From an uncultured Bacteroidales bacterium (GTDB taxonomy: Bacteria; Bacteroidota; Bacteroidia; Bacteroidales; JAGOPY01), in NCBI GenBank assembly GCA_963701785.1, contig CAVPBC010000002.1:2596124-2660123 (forward strand): DNA of 64,000 nt, written 5' to 3'. The notes under the pieces were generated by a model that ran no database searches, was not told where the DNA came from, and saw only the letters and a list, made by a program, of their open reading frames with translations. Shown piece after piece: positions 53,723 to 63,985 of this stretch (the first letter of the stretch is position 1; every line of letters starts with the position of its first letter). The position numbers were made by a program, and so were the translations under genes.

Positions 53723-54580
53723 TCAGAAATTAATTTTGTGTTTCTGGTATCTTTTTGAATACAGTCTGGCCAGCACACTGATAATCAAAATGATTACAGT
53801 GAGAACAACGGCAGAGGCATAAGCCCGGTTCTTAACTTCTTCGATCGGAGAAGAAAGTTGGAAAAAAATGGAAAGCGGCAAAGTCGCTGTAGGTTGTCCA
53901 AGCGAAGTAGGAATATGATCCGTATAGCCTGTTGTAAAAAGAACAGACGCCGCATCGCCTATCGCTCTTCCGAACGATAATAGAATGGCCGTGACCAACC
54001 CCGGAGAAGCCTGTCGCAGAAAAACCCTGAAAGCTGTTTCGGAATGCGTGGACCCCAATGAAAGCGATGTTTCCAGTAACCCGATGGAAATAGTTTTTAA
54101 AACCTCATCCATTGCCCTGACCATGATCGGTATAATAAACAGGGTGACGGTGATAATACCGGCTAACAGAGAAGTTTTAATACCGAAATAGATCATAATG
54201 GTGAATCCAAAGGCTCCATAAACAATAGAAGGGATTCCCCAGAGCAGGTCCAGAATAAAACGGATAGCGTTGATCAGTTTTTTATGTTTTACCAGGATCA
54301 CATTCATCAGAAGAGCTACTGGCAATCCAATTGCCACTGCAAGCAATGTTGCTCCGATTGAAAGGTAAAGAGAACCAATGATTGCATTCAGTATCCCGCC
54401 TTCTTTTCCAAAATAGAAACCTCCCTTGGGGGTTTGTGAGATCATCTCCCAGGAAAGGGAAGGCAATCCCTTATAAAGGATGCTGAAAATGATCAGCAGC
54501 AGCACGATAACGATCAGGTTGGTTGAGATGAACATCAAAACCCTGAAAAATTTTTCTTCTATGATTCTCAACCTTTTCAT
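53723..54580 (-). CDS. pstA: PstA-like permease
   Basis: GGILNAIIGS, IPSIVYG, GRAIGDAA. Confidence 0.85.
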   Translation of the reverse strand: MKRLRIIEEKFFRVLMFISTNLIVIVLLLIIFSILYKGLPSLSWEMISQTPKGGFYFGKEGGILNAIIGSLYLSIGATLLAVAIGLPVALLMNVILVKHKKLINAIRFILDLLWGIPSIVYGAFGFTIMIYFGIKTSLLAGIITVTLFIIPIMVRAMDEVLKTISIGLLETSLSLGSTHSETAFRVFLRQASPGLVTAILLSFGRAIGDAASVLFTTGYTDHIPTSLGQPTATLPLSIFFQLSSPIEEVKNRAYASAVVLTVIILIISVLARLYSKRYQKHKINF

Positions 54581-55483
54581 TAACTGGTTTGCTTTTCAAG
54601 TCGGACAATAGCTAAACGCGATAAAAAATTAAATACCAGTACTACAAAAAACAGGATCAATGCAGCAAGCATCAGCGCAGAATCATAGAGTGGGATTGAT
54701 AACATTTCCCCGTAGTTATTAGCAATGAGTGCGGGAAGAGGGATATCCCGGCTGAAAAATTCCTGAAGGGATTTTCGCCACATTTCCAACTACCATCAGA
54801 ACTGCGATTGTTTCACCAAAAGCACGGGATAAACCCAGGCCGAGAGCCGAAACGATACCCGGGAACGCTTTCCTTAGCAACACAAGTTTGACTGTCTGCC
54901 ACTGGCTTGCCCCAAGGGAAAGAGAAGCCTCTTTTAATTCATCGGGTATGGTTTTAAAAACATCGATCAATATATTCAGCACAAACGGAATGATCATAAC
55001 GGCCAGGACTATAGCGCCAGCCAAAATGGTATATCCTGATGTACTGACACCGAAAAAAGGAGCAAGGTACTTTGAGATGAATGGAACAATAACAAGAATT
55101 CCCCATACTCCGAATATTACAGATGGAATACCGGCTAAAATATCGATAACCGGGTGCATGATCTTAAGGACCCAGCCTTTTGCATATTGTGTCAGATGAA
55201 TGGCAGTCAGAAGGCAAATGGGTCCTGCAATTAATAGGGATAAAACAGTAACCCAGATAGAACTGACGGCGAAAGGCAGGAAGCCAAATTTCCCGGATAA
55301 GGGCCGCCAGTCGCTCGAAAAGATCAGGTCAATCAACGATTGGTTTTCAAGCAGCAGGGTAGATTTAATATACAAACCTACACCAAGGACAAATGGAAGG
55401 AAGATGACCATGATAAGTCCGATCATCATCCAGATCAAATGCAACCTGCTTCTCAGATGTCTCCCTATTCTATACCTGGCCAA
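54580..55483 (-). CDS. pstC: PstC-like permease (frameshift ~54738)
   Basis: [34 protein letters not shown]; TTG start. Confidence 0.85.
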
Positions 55484-55485
55484 TC

Positions 55486-56463
55486 TTAATTAAGTTTTAA
55501 TTTTTCAATTTTGATCTTCTCATCAGGGAGCTGCACATAACCTCCTTCATGCACATATTGCTGGCCTTCAGATAATATCCAGTCAAGAAATAAAATAATA
55601 ACAGGATCTGTTGGCTTGCCTTTAGACACCAGGTATAAATCACGTGCTGGTGGTGAAGGATATTTATCGGTTTGTATGGCGTGCATGATCGAATCAAGGC
55701 TTCCGTAAAAATTTTCATCGGAATCAATCAACCGGTTGCTATTCAGGTCAATCGGTATGATTTCCATCCCTTCATATTTTTTTCTTGATTTAATATCATA
55801 AGCATAAATCACATTATTATATCCAATCCCAAACTGGTCATTTTTAACAGCATCTGCAATGCCGGGATCACCAAAAACGCCGACACCTCTTAAGCTTTCC
55901 TGGTTTTTACCAAGGTACTTGCCCCACATTTCAGCCGCACCGCAGGCATCAGAGCGGGTATAGACATTGATTTTATTCTGATCCGGCATTTCCATGAATT
56001 CTCCCCAGGTATGCGTATTCTCACTGAGATAAATTTCCATGAACATCTGACGGGTTAATCCTTTTGTTAAAATATCACCAGCAACCGGGTTTTTACTGCT
56101 CATGGTAGGTAAAACAGCATCTTTCGTAACAGCAAGATACCATGCTCCCTGGTCGATCTCAGACTGGCTTACTTCGCGGGAAAACATGGCCAGGTTTACC
56201 ATTCCTGAAAGCACATCAGTCATGCCTTTACCTGCACCCCCTGCTGAGATATCAATCCTGATTGCAGGATACTTTTTCTGGAATTCCTCGGCCCATTTTA
56301 CCGTCATAGGATAAAGGGCAAATGCGCCTGAAATAGAAATAGTCCCTTTCAGTTCTCCTTTTTTATTTAATCTAACCCCCTCATTTGAATTACATCCGGC
56401 AGCAAGTGTAATTATTAACAGAGTAACAAAAGCCAGGGATAAAAATGTTTTTAAATCATTCAT
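55486..56463 (-). CDS. PstS-fold substrate-binding lipoprotein with atypical binding pocket; substrate uncertain
   Basis: Lipobox AAGC; motifs GAFALYP, GGAGKG, MFSRE and RSDACGAA where PstS proteins have GSTS/GATF, GSSxG, SSR/ASD and RxDGSGT. Confidence 0.85.
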   Translation of the reverse strand: MNDLKTFLSLAFVTLLIITLAAGCNSNEGVRLNKKGELKGTISISGAFALYPMTVKWAEEFQKKYPAIRIDISAGGAGKGMTDVLSGMVNLAMFSREVSQSEIDQGAWYLAVTKDAVLPTMSSKNPVAGDILTKGLTRQMFMEIYLSENTHTWGEFMEMPDQNKINVYTRSDACGAAEMWGKYLGKNQESLRGVGVFGDPGIADAVKNDQFGIGYNNVIYAYDIKSRKKYEGMEIIPIDLNSNRLIDSDENFYGSLDSIMHAIQTDKYPSPPARDLYLVSKGKPTDPVIILFLDWILSEGQQYVHEGGYVQLPDEKIKIEKLKLN

Positions 56464-56514
56464 GATGATGATGTTGTGTTTTTTAAATATCGTTCCAAAG
56501 TTATTAAAATATAT

Positions 56515-56539
56515 ATACCCTATAGAAATAATAGATAAT
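56515..56539. promoter_or_regulatory. Candidate Rrf2 operator of the pst-like operon
   Basis: ATACCCTATAGAAATAATAGATAAT (CTAT-N7-ATAG), just upstream of the minus-strand -7 box TAACTTTG (56496-56503). Confidence 0.4.
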
Positions 56540-56991
56540 TAAATTTTATGATTTTTTAACTCATTAATTAACAATTCTTCCCGGCTAATGATATCAGATA
56601 AACTGATTTTCTTCAATATGTTAACCGTATCATCCCGTATGTCCTTTATAACGCTCCGGATCCCGCAAGTCAGTTCATCCTTACAATGCTGGCATGGCTG
56701 GTAATACTTATATGTAACACAAGGTATCAGTGCAATGGCACCGTCAATATGCCTTATAATATCAGCCAGGTTAATTTCTTCAGGTTTTTTAATGAGATAA
56801 TATCCTCCCCCTTTTCCCTTTTTGCTGCCAAGTATTCCTGTTTGTTTAAGATCAAACAGAATCGCTTCCAGGAATTTCCTGGGTATTCTTTCACTCTGCG
56901 AGATGCTGCCGATCACCAAAGGTCCTTTATTATATTCCTTGGCAAGTTTAACAAGAGCTAAAATAGAATATTGCGCCTTCTTTGATAACAT
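56539..56991 (-). CDS. Rrf2 family regulator with four C-terminal Cys
   Basis: IPRKFLEAIL, SKKGKGGGYYL, PCVTYKYYQPCQHCKDELTC. Confidence 0.92.
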   Translation of the reverse strand: MLSKKAQYSILALVKLAKEYNKGPLVIGSISQSERIPRKFLEAILFDLKQTGILGSKKGKGGGYYLIKKPEEINLADIIRHIDGAIALIPCVTYKYYQPCQHCKDELTCGIRSVIKDIRDDTVNILKKISLSDIISREELLINELKNHKI

Positions 56992-57176
56992 AATTATTAT
57001 TCCTGATCAGATAAAAGATAAATTAAATCCAGAGATATGTTTAAATAATGATATTTTTTCTTAAAAAATCCGGTCAATCATTTTAAAATTTAAGTAAAAT
57101 TAAAAATATCTTGACTATTGCATTTGATTTCTTTAAATTTGTGATGCTTTTGCCGCATTTTCCAGATTATATTTTC

Positions 57177-58349
57177 ATGGGTCCAATTCTGGTATTATAT
57201 ATAGCATTCGCTGCAATATCTTTTTTTGCTTGCTTTTTGCAACTTTTTATTTCAATCAGAAAAAGGGGCGATATGCTATTCATGGTAAGTGCCATTCTTT
57301 CATTATTTGTATTTGTGCTTTTCAGCATTGAAGTCATTTGTTCATCTTCCCTCGGAATTTCATGCCTTCCCTTTTCTCTCCTGCGCAGTCAATTGATTTT
57401 TTACCAGTTATTGGCAATATGCTTTCTGGGAGTGATTTATCACCTTTTGAAAGTCCAAAGGAAAATCTATATTTTAATAAATGTTTCGATAATTGTTTTT
57501 TTATTGTTTATCAGCCTGATTCTTCCGGATGAAATTCTGTTCGGTGCAGATACAGATAGCAGACGTCTGATCTTGCCTCATGGTGATAATATCCTTATGG
57601 TTGAATCTGGTTTCACTTTGTGGAGAGCCCTTATAGATTTTACCATAATTATTTTTGCCGTTTCCACATTCCTGCTTTTATTAAAGCGCCTGGATAATAT
57701 CAGCTTCAGAACGATCGTAATTCTTTTTGCCGGACTGGGTGTGATCTTGCTTGCTGCTATATTTGATCAGCTTGTCGATCTCGGACAGATTCATTCATTC
57801 TATGTCCTGCCTTTTTCCCTGTTTGTATTCTACATCATTTTAATTTTTATCCCATTTATATATTTTATCAAGGAAATAATTGATCAGCAAAGTATTATCC
57901 AGAAGCAGAAGGAATGGCACCACCTGGTGAATGAGGCTGAAATCATTGTCGTGGGTTTAAACAGAATGGGCCATGTTGAGTTTATCAATCCATACTTTTT
58001 TATATTGACAGGATATAAGGAAGATGAAGTCATAGGCAAAGACTGGTTCGAGTTTTTTATTCCACCGAAAGAATATTATAACGTCCAGGGTGCATTTTTA
58101 GAAATCCTTGAATATGAATTCCATCCCGATTATCTTAATCCAATTCTAACCAGGAACAAGGAAGAAAAAATGATCAGGTGGTTTAATGTCAGGACTACTA
58201 ATCACCTGGGGAAAATATCTGGTAGCTTAAGCATCGGGATTGATATGACCAGTGATTTGCTGGAAAAAGAGAGTTTATTAAAAAAACTTAAAGCAGCTGA
58301 GATTTTAATTACCAAATTAGGAGGTAAAAGTGAGGATTTTAAATTATAA
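57177..58349 (+). CDS. 7TM membrane protein with C-terminal PAS domain and no output domain
   Basis: About 7 TM segments; PAS/PAC (GHVEFINPYFFILTGYKEDEVIGKDWF..IRWFN..SIGIDMT); short coiled-coil end. Confidence 0.75.
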   Translation: MGPILVLYIAFAAISFFACFLQLFISIRKRGDMLFMVSAILSLFVFVLFSIEVICSSSLGISCLPFSLLRSQLIFYQLLAICFLGVIYHLLKVQRKIYILINVSIIVFLLFISLILPDEILFGADTDSRRLILPHGDNILMVESGFTLWRALIDFTIIIFAVSTFLLLLKRLDNISFRTIVILFAGLGVILLAAIFDQLVDLGQIHSFYVLPFSLFVFYIILIFIPFIYFIKEIIDQQSIIQKQKEWHHLVNEAEIIVVGLNRMGHVEFINPYFFILTGYKEDEVIGKDWFEFFIPPKEYYNVQGAFLEILEYEFHPDYLNPILTRNKEEKMIRWFNVRTTNHLGKISGSLSIGIDMTSDLLEKESLLKKLKAAEILITKLGGKSEDFKL

Positions 58350-60290
58350 ATCCGATAGATACATTGGCTTGATGGATTCCCTGAACCATACCGTCATTTC
58401 ACACGGCTCACGGTTTGCCCATGCATAATAAGGTATGGCTGTAAACGATTTACCTTTTAATACACCCACGCCATTCAACAATTCATGCTGATATTCGTAT
58501 CGTATTTCCGCATTTTTTTCAATGACAATATCCATCCTGCCAGGTATGAATTGATCAATGGCTTCAGTACAATAAATAACCGGACCACGCTGTAACGCTA
58601 TCATTCCTTCATTCGCCTTTACCAATATGTTGGATTTGACCCTTCTGGGAATAATTGGCAAGATTATAGTAAGCTCGTCCCCATCCTCCCATTTCCTGTC
58701 AAGTGATGCATAGCCTTTAATTTGATTGACTTTAATTTCCTGACCATTCAGGAAAAATTCAGTTTCTCCGCTGAACTTATCGTCGAAAAAATAAAGATCT
58801 GAAGGAAAAGCCTCGTTCCTTGCCCATCCCGGGATCCTGACCATCAAATTAAATGAAATAGATTTTGATGTGTTGATTTTCAAGCGGATTTCCCCGTCCC
58901 ATGGATAGTTATTTGATTGCAGAAGCCTGATCTCCTGTCCTTTTAAATTGATATCTGCTTCATTACCAATGAATAGGTTAACATAAAGCTTATCGTCTTC
59001 GACAGCATAGATATAACCGGGCAATGACGGCAGGAAGCGTGTGATATTTACCGGGCAGCAGGCACACCCGAACCAGGATTTGCGTTTAACCTGTCCTTTG
59101 GATGCCAGCGGGTTGGGATAAAAGAACTGGTCCCCACTCAAAGACACACCTGATAAAAGGCCGTTATAAAGTACCTTTTCGAAAACATCAAAATATTTTG
59201 AATCCCCATGAAGTAAAAACATCCTGTAATTCCACAATGCATTGGCAATGGCAGCGCAGGTCTCACAGTAAGCTTCCAGGTTGGGCAGGTCGTAAGGCTC
59301 GCCAAATCCTTCATGGCTCCCAACAGATCCAATTCCTCCGGTTATATATGTTTTCGATGAAACCACATCTGACCACAAGGTATCAATGGCAAGCAGGTAT
59401 TCTTTTTCACCGGTAAGAGCTGCAATGTCAGCCATGGCGGCATACATGTACTGGGCTCTTACAGCATGGCCCACGGCCAGATGTTGGTCCACGACTTTTT
59501 CATGCATCTGATTGTATTCTCCGCCTTCCGGCCCACGTACATCGAGAAAAAACTTTGCCAGGTCAAGATATTTTCTCTCACCGGTAATGCGGAAAAGCTT
59601 TACCAGGCCTATTTCAATCTCCTGGTGACCGGGTGCTTTTTCAATTTTACCCCAGCCGAACAAACTGTCAATCAGGTTAGCATTCCTTACTGCAACGTTG
59701 AGCAGGGTGTAATTACCTGTCGCCTCAAAATGGGCAACAGCCGCTTCATATAAATGACCTGCATTATAAAGCTCATGACTGCTCTCTTCCTCGTTTTCCC
59801 AGCGCTGCTTTCCTGCCATTTCATGGGTGTTTGCCGGATCAATTGTCCTGTTGGTATACAGGTACCCATCATCTTCCTGGCCAGCGGCAATATAATCAAT
59901 CAGTGAGTCAAGATAGGCATTAAGATGAGGATCAGGGTATATCTGCATAGAATAGCAAGCCGCTTCAATATTCTTGTATACGTCTGAGTCGTCAAACGGG
60001 TAAAGTGAGCAAAAAGAACCTTCTTTGTATTTTCCCGCGATGCGAAAATTGTCAATCCGGCCCGTTTCTTCAGCCTTCCTGAATGCTATCGGTATGGTAA
60101 TCTGGTGGTTGATTGCCATCCGGGTGGCCCAAAAATTGTCATTCACCTTAACTTTTGTGAATGCAACCGGTTCAACAGGATAATCTGAAAATGATGCAGA
60201 TCTTTTCTCCTGGCATCCGGATATCAGAATGAAGGCAAATCCCAGGATGATAGATAAACCGTTCGTTTTTAAAAAATACATTGGTAACAT
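58344..60290 (-). CDS. GH127 beta-L-arabinofuranosidase-like lipoprotein
   Basis: DSDVYK, HELYNAGH, GHQEIE, GHAVR, YCETCA, CACCP. Confidence 0.92.
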   Translation of the reverse strand: MLPMYFLKTNGLSIILGFAFILISGCQEKRSASFSDYPVEPVAFTKVKVNDNFWATRMAINHQITIPIAFRKAEETGRIDNFRIAGKYKEGSFCSLYPFDDSDVYKNIEAACYSMQIYPDPHLNAYLDSLIDYIAAGQEDDGYLYTNRTIDPANTHEMAGKQRWENEEESSHELYNAGHLYEAAVAHFEATGNYTLLNVAVRNANLIDSLFGWGKIEKAPGHQEIEIGLVKLFRITGERKYLDLAKFFLDVRGPEGGEYNQMHEKVVDQHLAVGHAVRAQYMYAAMADIAALTGEKEYLLAIDTLWSDVVSSKTYITGGIGSVGSHEGFGEPYDLPNLEAYCETCAAIANALWNYRMFLLHGDSKYFDVFEKVLYNGLLSGVSLSGDQFFYPNPLASKGQVKRKSWFGCACCPVNITRFLPSLPGYIYAVEDDKLYVNLFIGNEADINLKGQEIRLLQSNNYPWDGEIRLKINTSKSISFNLMVRIPGWARNEAFPSDLYFFDDKFSGETEFFLNGQEIKVNQIKGYASLDRKWEDGDELTIILPIIPRRVKSNILVKANEGMIALQRGPVIYCTEAIDQFIPGRMDIVIEKNAEIRYEYQHELLNGVGVLKGKSFTAIPYYAWANREPCEMTVWFRESIKPMYLSDL

Positions 60291-60336
60291 TTTATAAATT
60301 TACAAACTTAATAAATCTCTTAAATACATATTATTT

Positions 60337-61732
60337 ATGTCTGATAACAGAACAAACCGCAGGGATTTCATCCGCATTGCTGCTGCCGGTGCTGCTGCAC
60401 TTGGATTGGGCATGAAAGGGATCAAGGGGAATTCACAGGAAATTTCAGGACTGATCCCCCCAAATCGGCCGCTGGGCCAAAAAACCGTCATGGGCCTTAC
60501 CTGCGAACCGCTGGAAAAGGTAAGGATCGGCGTAATTGGACTGGGAATGCGCGGAATCGAAGCTGTAAGCCGTTTGTTGTATGTTGAAGGAGTTGAAATA
60601 ACCGCTGTGTGCGATATTCTGCCTGAAAGGGTATTACAGGCCCAGAAGAATGTCAAAGAGAAAGGATTATCAGAACCCGCTGGATATTCAGCCGGACCTG
60701 ACGATTGGATGAAACTCTGCGAAAGAGATGATATCGATCTCGTGTATGCTTGTACCCCATGGTATTTACACACGCCTAATGCCGTTTATGCCATGAACAA
60801 CGGGAAACATGCGGCCATAGAAGTGCCGGGAGCAACTACCCTGGAGGAGTGCTGGCAGCTTGTAGATACGGCTGAGCAAACCCAGCGTCATTGCATGATG
60901 CTGGAAAACTGCTGTTATGATTTCTTTGAACTGGCAACATTGAATATGGCCCGCAATGGTGTCTTTGGTGAAATCATGCATGCGGAATGTGCTTATATCC
61001 ATGACCTGCGCTGGTTGAAGTTTGATAAGGAAAATGGATATGTTGACATGTGGAGGTTGAAATACAGCATGAACCATAATGGCAATCTTTATCCGACCCA
61101 CGGGCTGGGCCCTGTCGCCCAGATCATGGGGATCAACAGGGGCGACAGGATGGAATACCTTACTTCAACATCGACAAACCAGGTTGGGATGAGCATAGTA
61201 TGCCAGGGATAAATTTGGTGAAAATTCTCCTGAATACCAGCAGTCATATTTACTGGGCGATATGAACACAACACTTGTAAGGACTGTGAAGGGGAAAACC
61301 ATTATGATCCAGCATGATACGACAAGCCCAAGACCTTACAGCAGGATACATATGATAAGTGGTACCGGCGGTATCGCACAGAAATGGCCGGTAGAACAAA
61401 TCGCACTCGAACCAAATGCCCATGAATGGCTGAATGAAACGGACCTGAATAATATTTTGACAAAGTATGAGCATCCTTTAGCCAGGAAAATGGGGGAGAT
61501 GGCGCGTGAAGTCGGTGGCCATGGCGGGATGGACTTCATAATGGACTGGCGGCTGATATATTGCCTGCGCAATGGCCTGGCCCTGGACCAGGATGTTTAT
61601 GATGCAGCTTCCTGGTCAAGCATAGTCCAGTTAAGCGAAATATCTGTCACCAATAAAAGCCAGATGGTGGAAATCCCTGATTTTACCAGGGGCATGTGGG
61701 CTGAAACAAAACCATTGGGGATTGCAGAATGA
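60337..61732 (+). CDS. GH109 NAD+-dependent alpha-N-acetylgalactosaminidase-like protein, Tat-exported (frameshift ~61198)
   Basis: NRRDF Tat motif, IGLGMRG, TPWYLH, EVP, LENCCY, YPTHG, GGHGGMDF, PDFTRG. Confidence 0.9.
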
Positions 61733-61735
61733 TCT

Positions 61736-62557
61736 TTACTTCATAATACGTAATATCAGCCAATCGAAAATACCGGCAGGTAAAAAAGAGATAAGCGTCA
61801 ATAACGGATTATTATTGATCCGGTAAATTCTTTTTGGGTTTGAAACTGTTGCCGCGGTGAGGATTTTTTCTGCAACCTGCCCGGGTGTCGCAATTTTACC
61901 TACCATTTTAACACTTCTATTCCGGCTTTTAATGTATTCCCTGCTGAAAACGGGATACTCCAATGGATTAACGGGTGATTCCATCCAGTTTAAAAGGGGA
62001 GTCCGGATAGCACCCGGGCGGATAACTGTCAGTTTAACACCCTTTAAGGCAAGTTCCTGGCGCGCAACCCTGCAATATGCTTCCAGTGAAGCTTTGGAAA
62101 TCATATATGGCTGAAACATGGCCTGTATCTTATGACTTTCGCTGCTGACGACGATAACCCGGCCCTTGTTTTTAATGAGCGGTTTAAGGAAGCCCTGAAC
62201 CAATATGGCAGTCCCAAGAAGATTGACAGCTATTATCTTCTTAAATAGATCAGGATTTGCTTCCGTGACCGGGTAAGTATCATAGATTCCGGCCAGGCAA
62301 ATTAAAATATCCAGCCCCTTATGCTCCAGATCGATCTCTTTGATAAAATCATTTACCTGGATCGCATCGGTTATATCCAGGGTTTTTGTCATGACATTAT
62401 CCAAATTACTAAAGCTTTCCAGGCCTCTGGCAGAGATATCTAAAGCAATAACATGATCCCCCTGTTCTGAAAATTTCTTTACTAAAACACTTCCCAGGCC
62501 TCCTGCGGCTCCTGAAATCAATATAGTTTTATATGAACTTCTGCCTGTTCCACTCAT
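61736..62557 (-). CDS. Short-chain dehydrogenase/reductase
   Basis: SGAAGGLG, VNLLG, VSS, YMISK, PGAIRT. Confidence 0.9.
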   Translation of the reverse strand: MSGTGRSSYKTILISGAAGGLGSVLVKKFSEQGDHVIALDISARGLESFSNLDNVMTKTLDITDAIQVNDFIKEIDLEHKGLDILICLAGIYDTYPVTEANPDLFKKIIAVNLLGTAILVQGFLKPLIKNKGRVIVVSSESHKIQAMFQPYMISKASLEAYCRVARQELALKGVKLTVIRPGAIRTPLLNWMESPVNPLEYPVFSREYIKSRNRSVKMVGKIATPGQVAEKILTAATVSNPKRIYRINNNPLLTLISFLPAGIFDWLILRIMK

Positions 62558-62713
62558 CTAATCGCCTGGTATGTAAAATATTTACAATTCATAATCATAT
62601 CAATCTTAAACAAAAATAGGGAGATTTTAATGCTGGAAAAATAGTTCGGACATTTACATCGATATAATTTTATCAAGCAGGGGAAATTTTATCTTTGCAA
62701 TATTCTCATTACA

Positions 62714-63937
62714 ATGCATGATATGCTTACAAAAGAAAGTATTTACGTTATCTTCTTTTCCCTCCCGGTTTACCAGTTACTTTTCTATACGGTTCAGCTT
62801 ATATCCTTCAAAAGAAAGAACCCTTCAAAAAAATACCTGGGTTTGCTTCTTTTAAGCATGACTACATTCCTGGTTATTAACGCAATACATTTTCTGCGGT
62901 ATTATGATCTGTTTTTATACTTATATATTATTTACATTCCCGTCCTGCTGAGCATTGCCCCGGCATATTTCCTTTATATCCTTTCAATCACCAGGGAAAA
63001 TCATGATGTGAAGAAAAAGCAGAGGCTTGATCTTATTTTCACCGTCAATTATTTTCCTTATCACTAATATTATTATTCTGGGTACTCTGGATCAATCCGC
63101 CAGGATGTCTTTTATTAGCCAGGACCTTTTCAGCCAGGAATCCGATGGGAATGGCATGCAAGGACTATTGTTAGGTATCTGGATCGGGGCTATTGTTTTG
63201 ATTTTTGGCCAGATCTCATTTGCCATCTCGAAAGTTTCGAAAATCATGATGAGTGAAGCCGACCTGATGAGAAAACAACCTTCTCATTTAGCATACCTGG
63301 AATGGAGATGGATCCTGGGGATTTCTATCAGTGTACTGATATTTCTGGTTATTAATTCATTGATCGAAATGGTTATGCCAATGAAATTCATCGGCCTGGT
63401 TGTGGTATACAATTTACTGATGTTGATATCAGGCGGTGTGACCGGTTATTTAGGTATGAAACAGGACGATCTTCTTAACCAGGTGGAAAAAATCAGCTTT
63501 AGTCCCCGATATAACCAGATACGGAAATTTTACCGGTTAATGTACCGGAAAAGAGTGAAACACCGCCAGCGGATTTCCTTTCGGTTGAAGAAGCTGAAGA
63601 AATCCATAAATCGATCCTGGAATACCTTGAAACTGAAAAACCTTATATTAAAAGTGATTTTTCCATGCATGATCTGTGCAACCATTTGAATATCAGCCGG
63701 AGAAAGATCAGCTACGTCCTGAATGATGTTATCCAGAAGAATTTTTATGGGGTGATTAATGAATACAGGATAAAAGAAGCCGAAGAACTTCTGTTAAGAG
63801 ATAGCTTAAATCAAATGAAGATTGAAGTGCTGGGTGAGATGGTGGGATTTCAATCAAAATCATCTTTTAATGCCTGTTTTAAAAAAGTAACAGGGATGAC
63901 ACCATCGGAATTCAGGATGAAGAACAGATTATCCTAA
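62714..63937 (+). CDS. Membrane-anchored AraC family regulator (at least 2 frameshifts)
   Basis: TM segments in 62714..63067 and 63027..63689; AraC HTH (NFYGVINEYRI..VGFQSKSSFNACFKKVTGMTPSEFR); -7 box TATCTTTG at 62690-62697. Confidence 0.85.
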
Positions 63938-63940
63938 ATT

Positions 63941-63985
63941 CATTTCGCATTGCGCATTTCGGATTGAGCATTGAGCAATGGGCAT
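63941..63985. repeat. Degenerate heptamer tandem repeat (about CATTKMG)x6
   Basis: catttcg cattgcg catttcg gattgag cattgag caatggg. Confidence 0.7.

Noticed and set aside
244-63937. Programmed frameshifting or mass pseudogenisation
   Set aside because: Breaks are scattered +1 insertions with no shared slippery motif, in otherwise conserved genes. Sequencing error is simpler.
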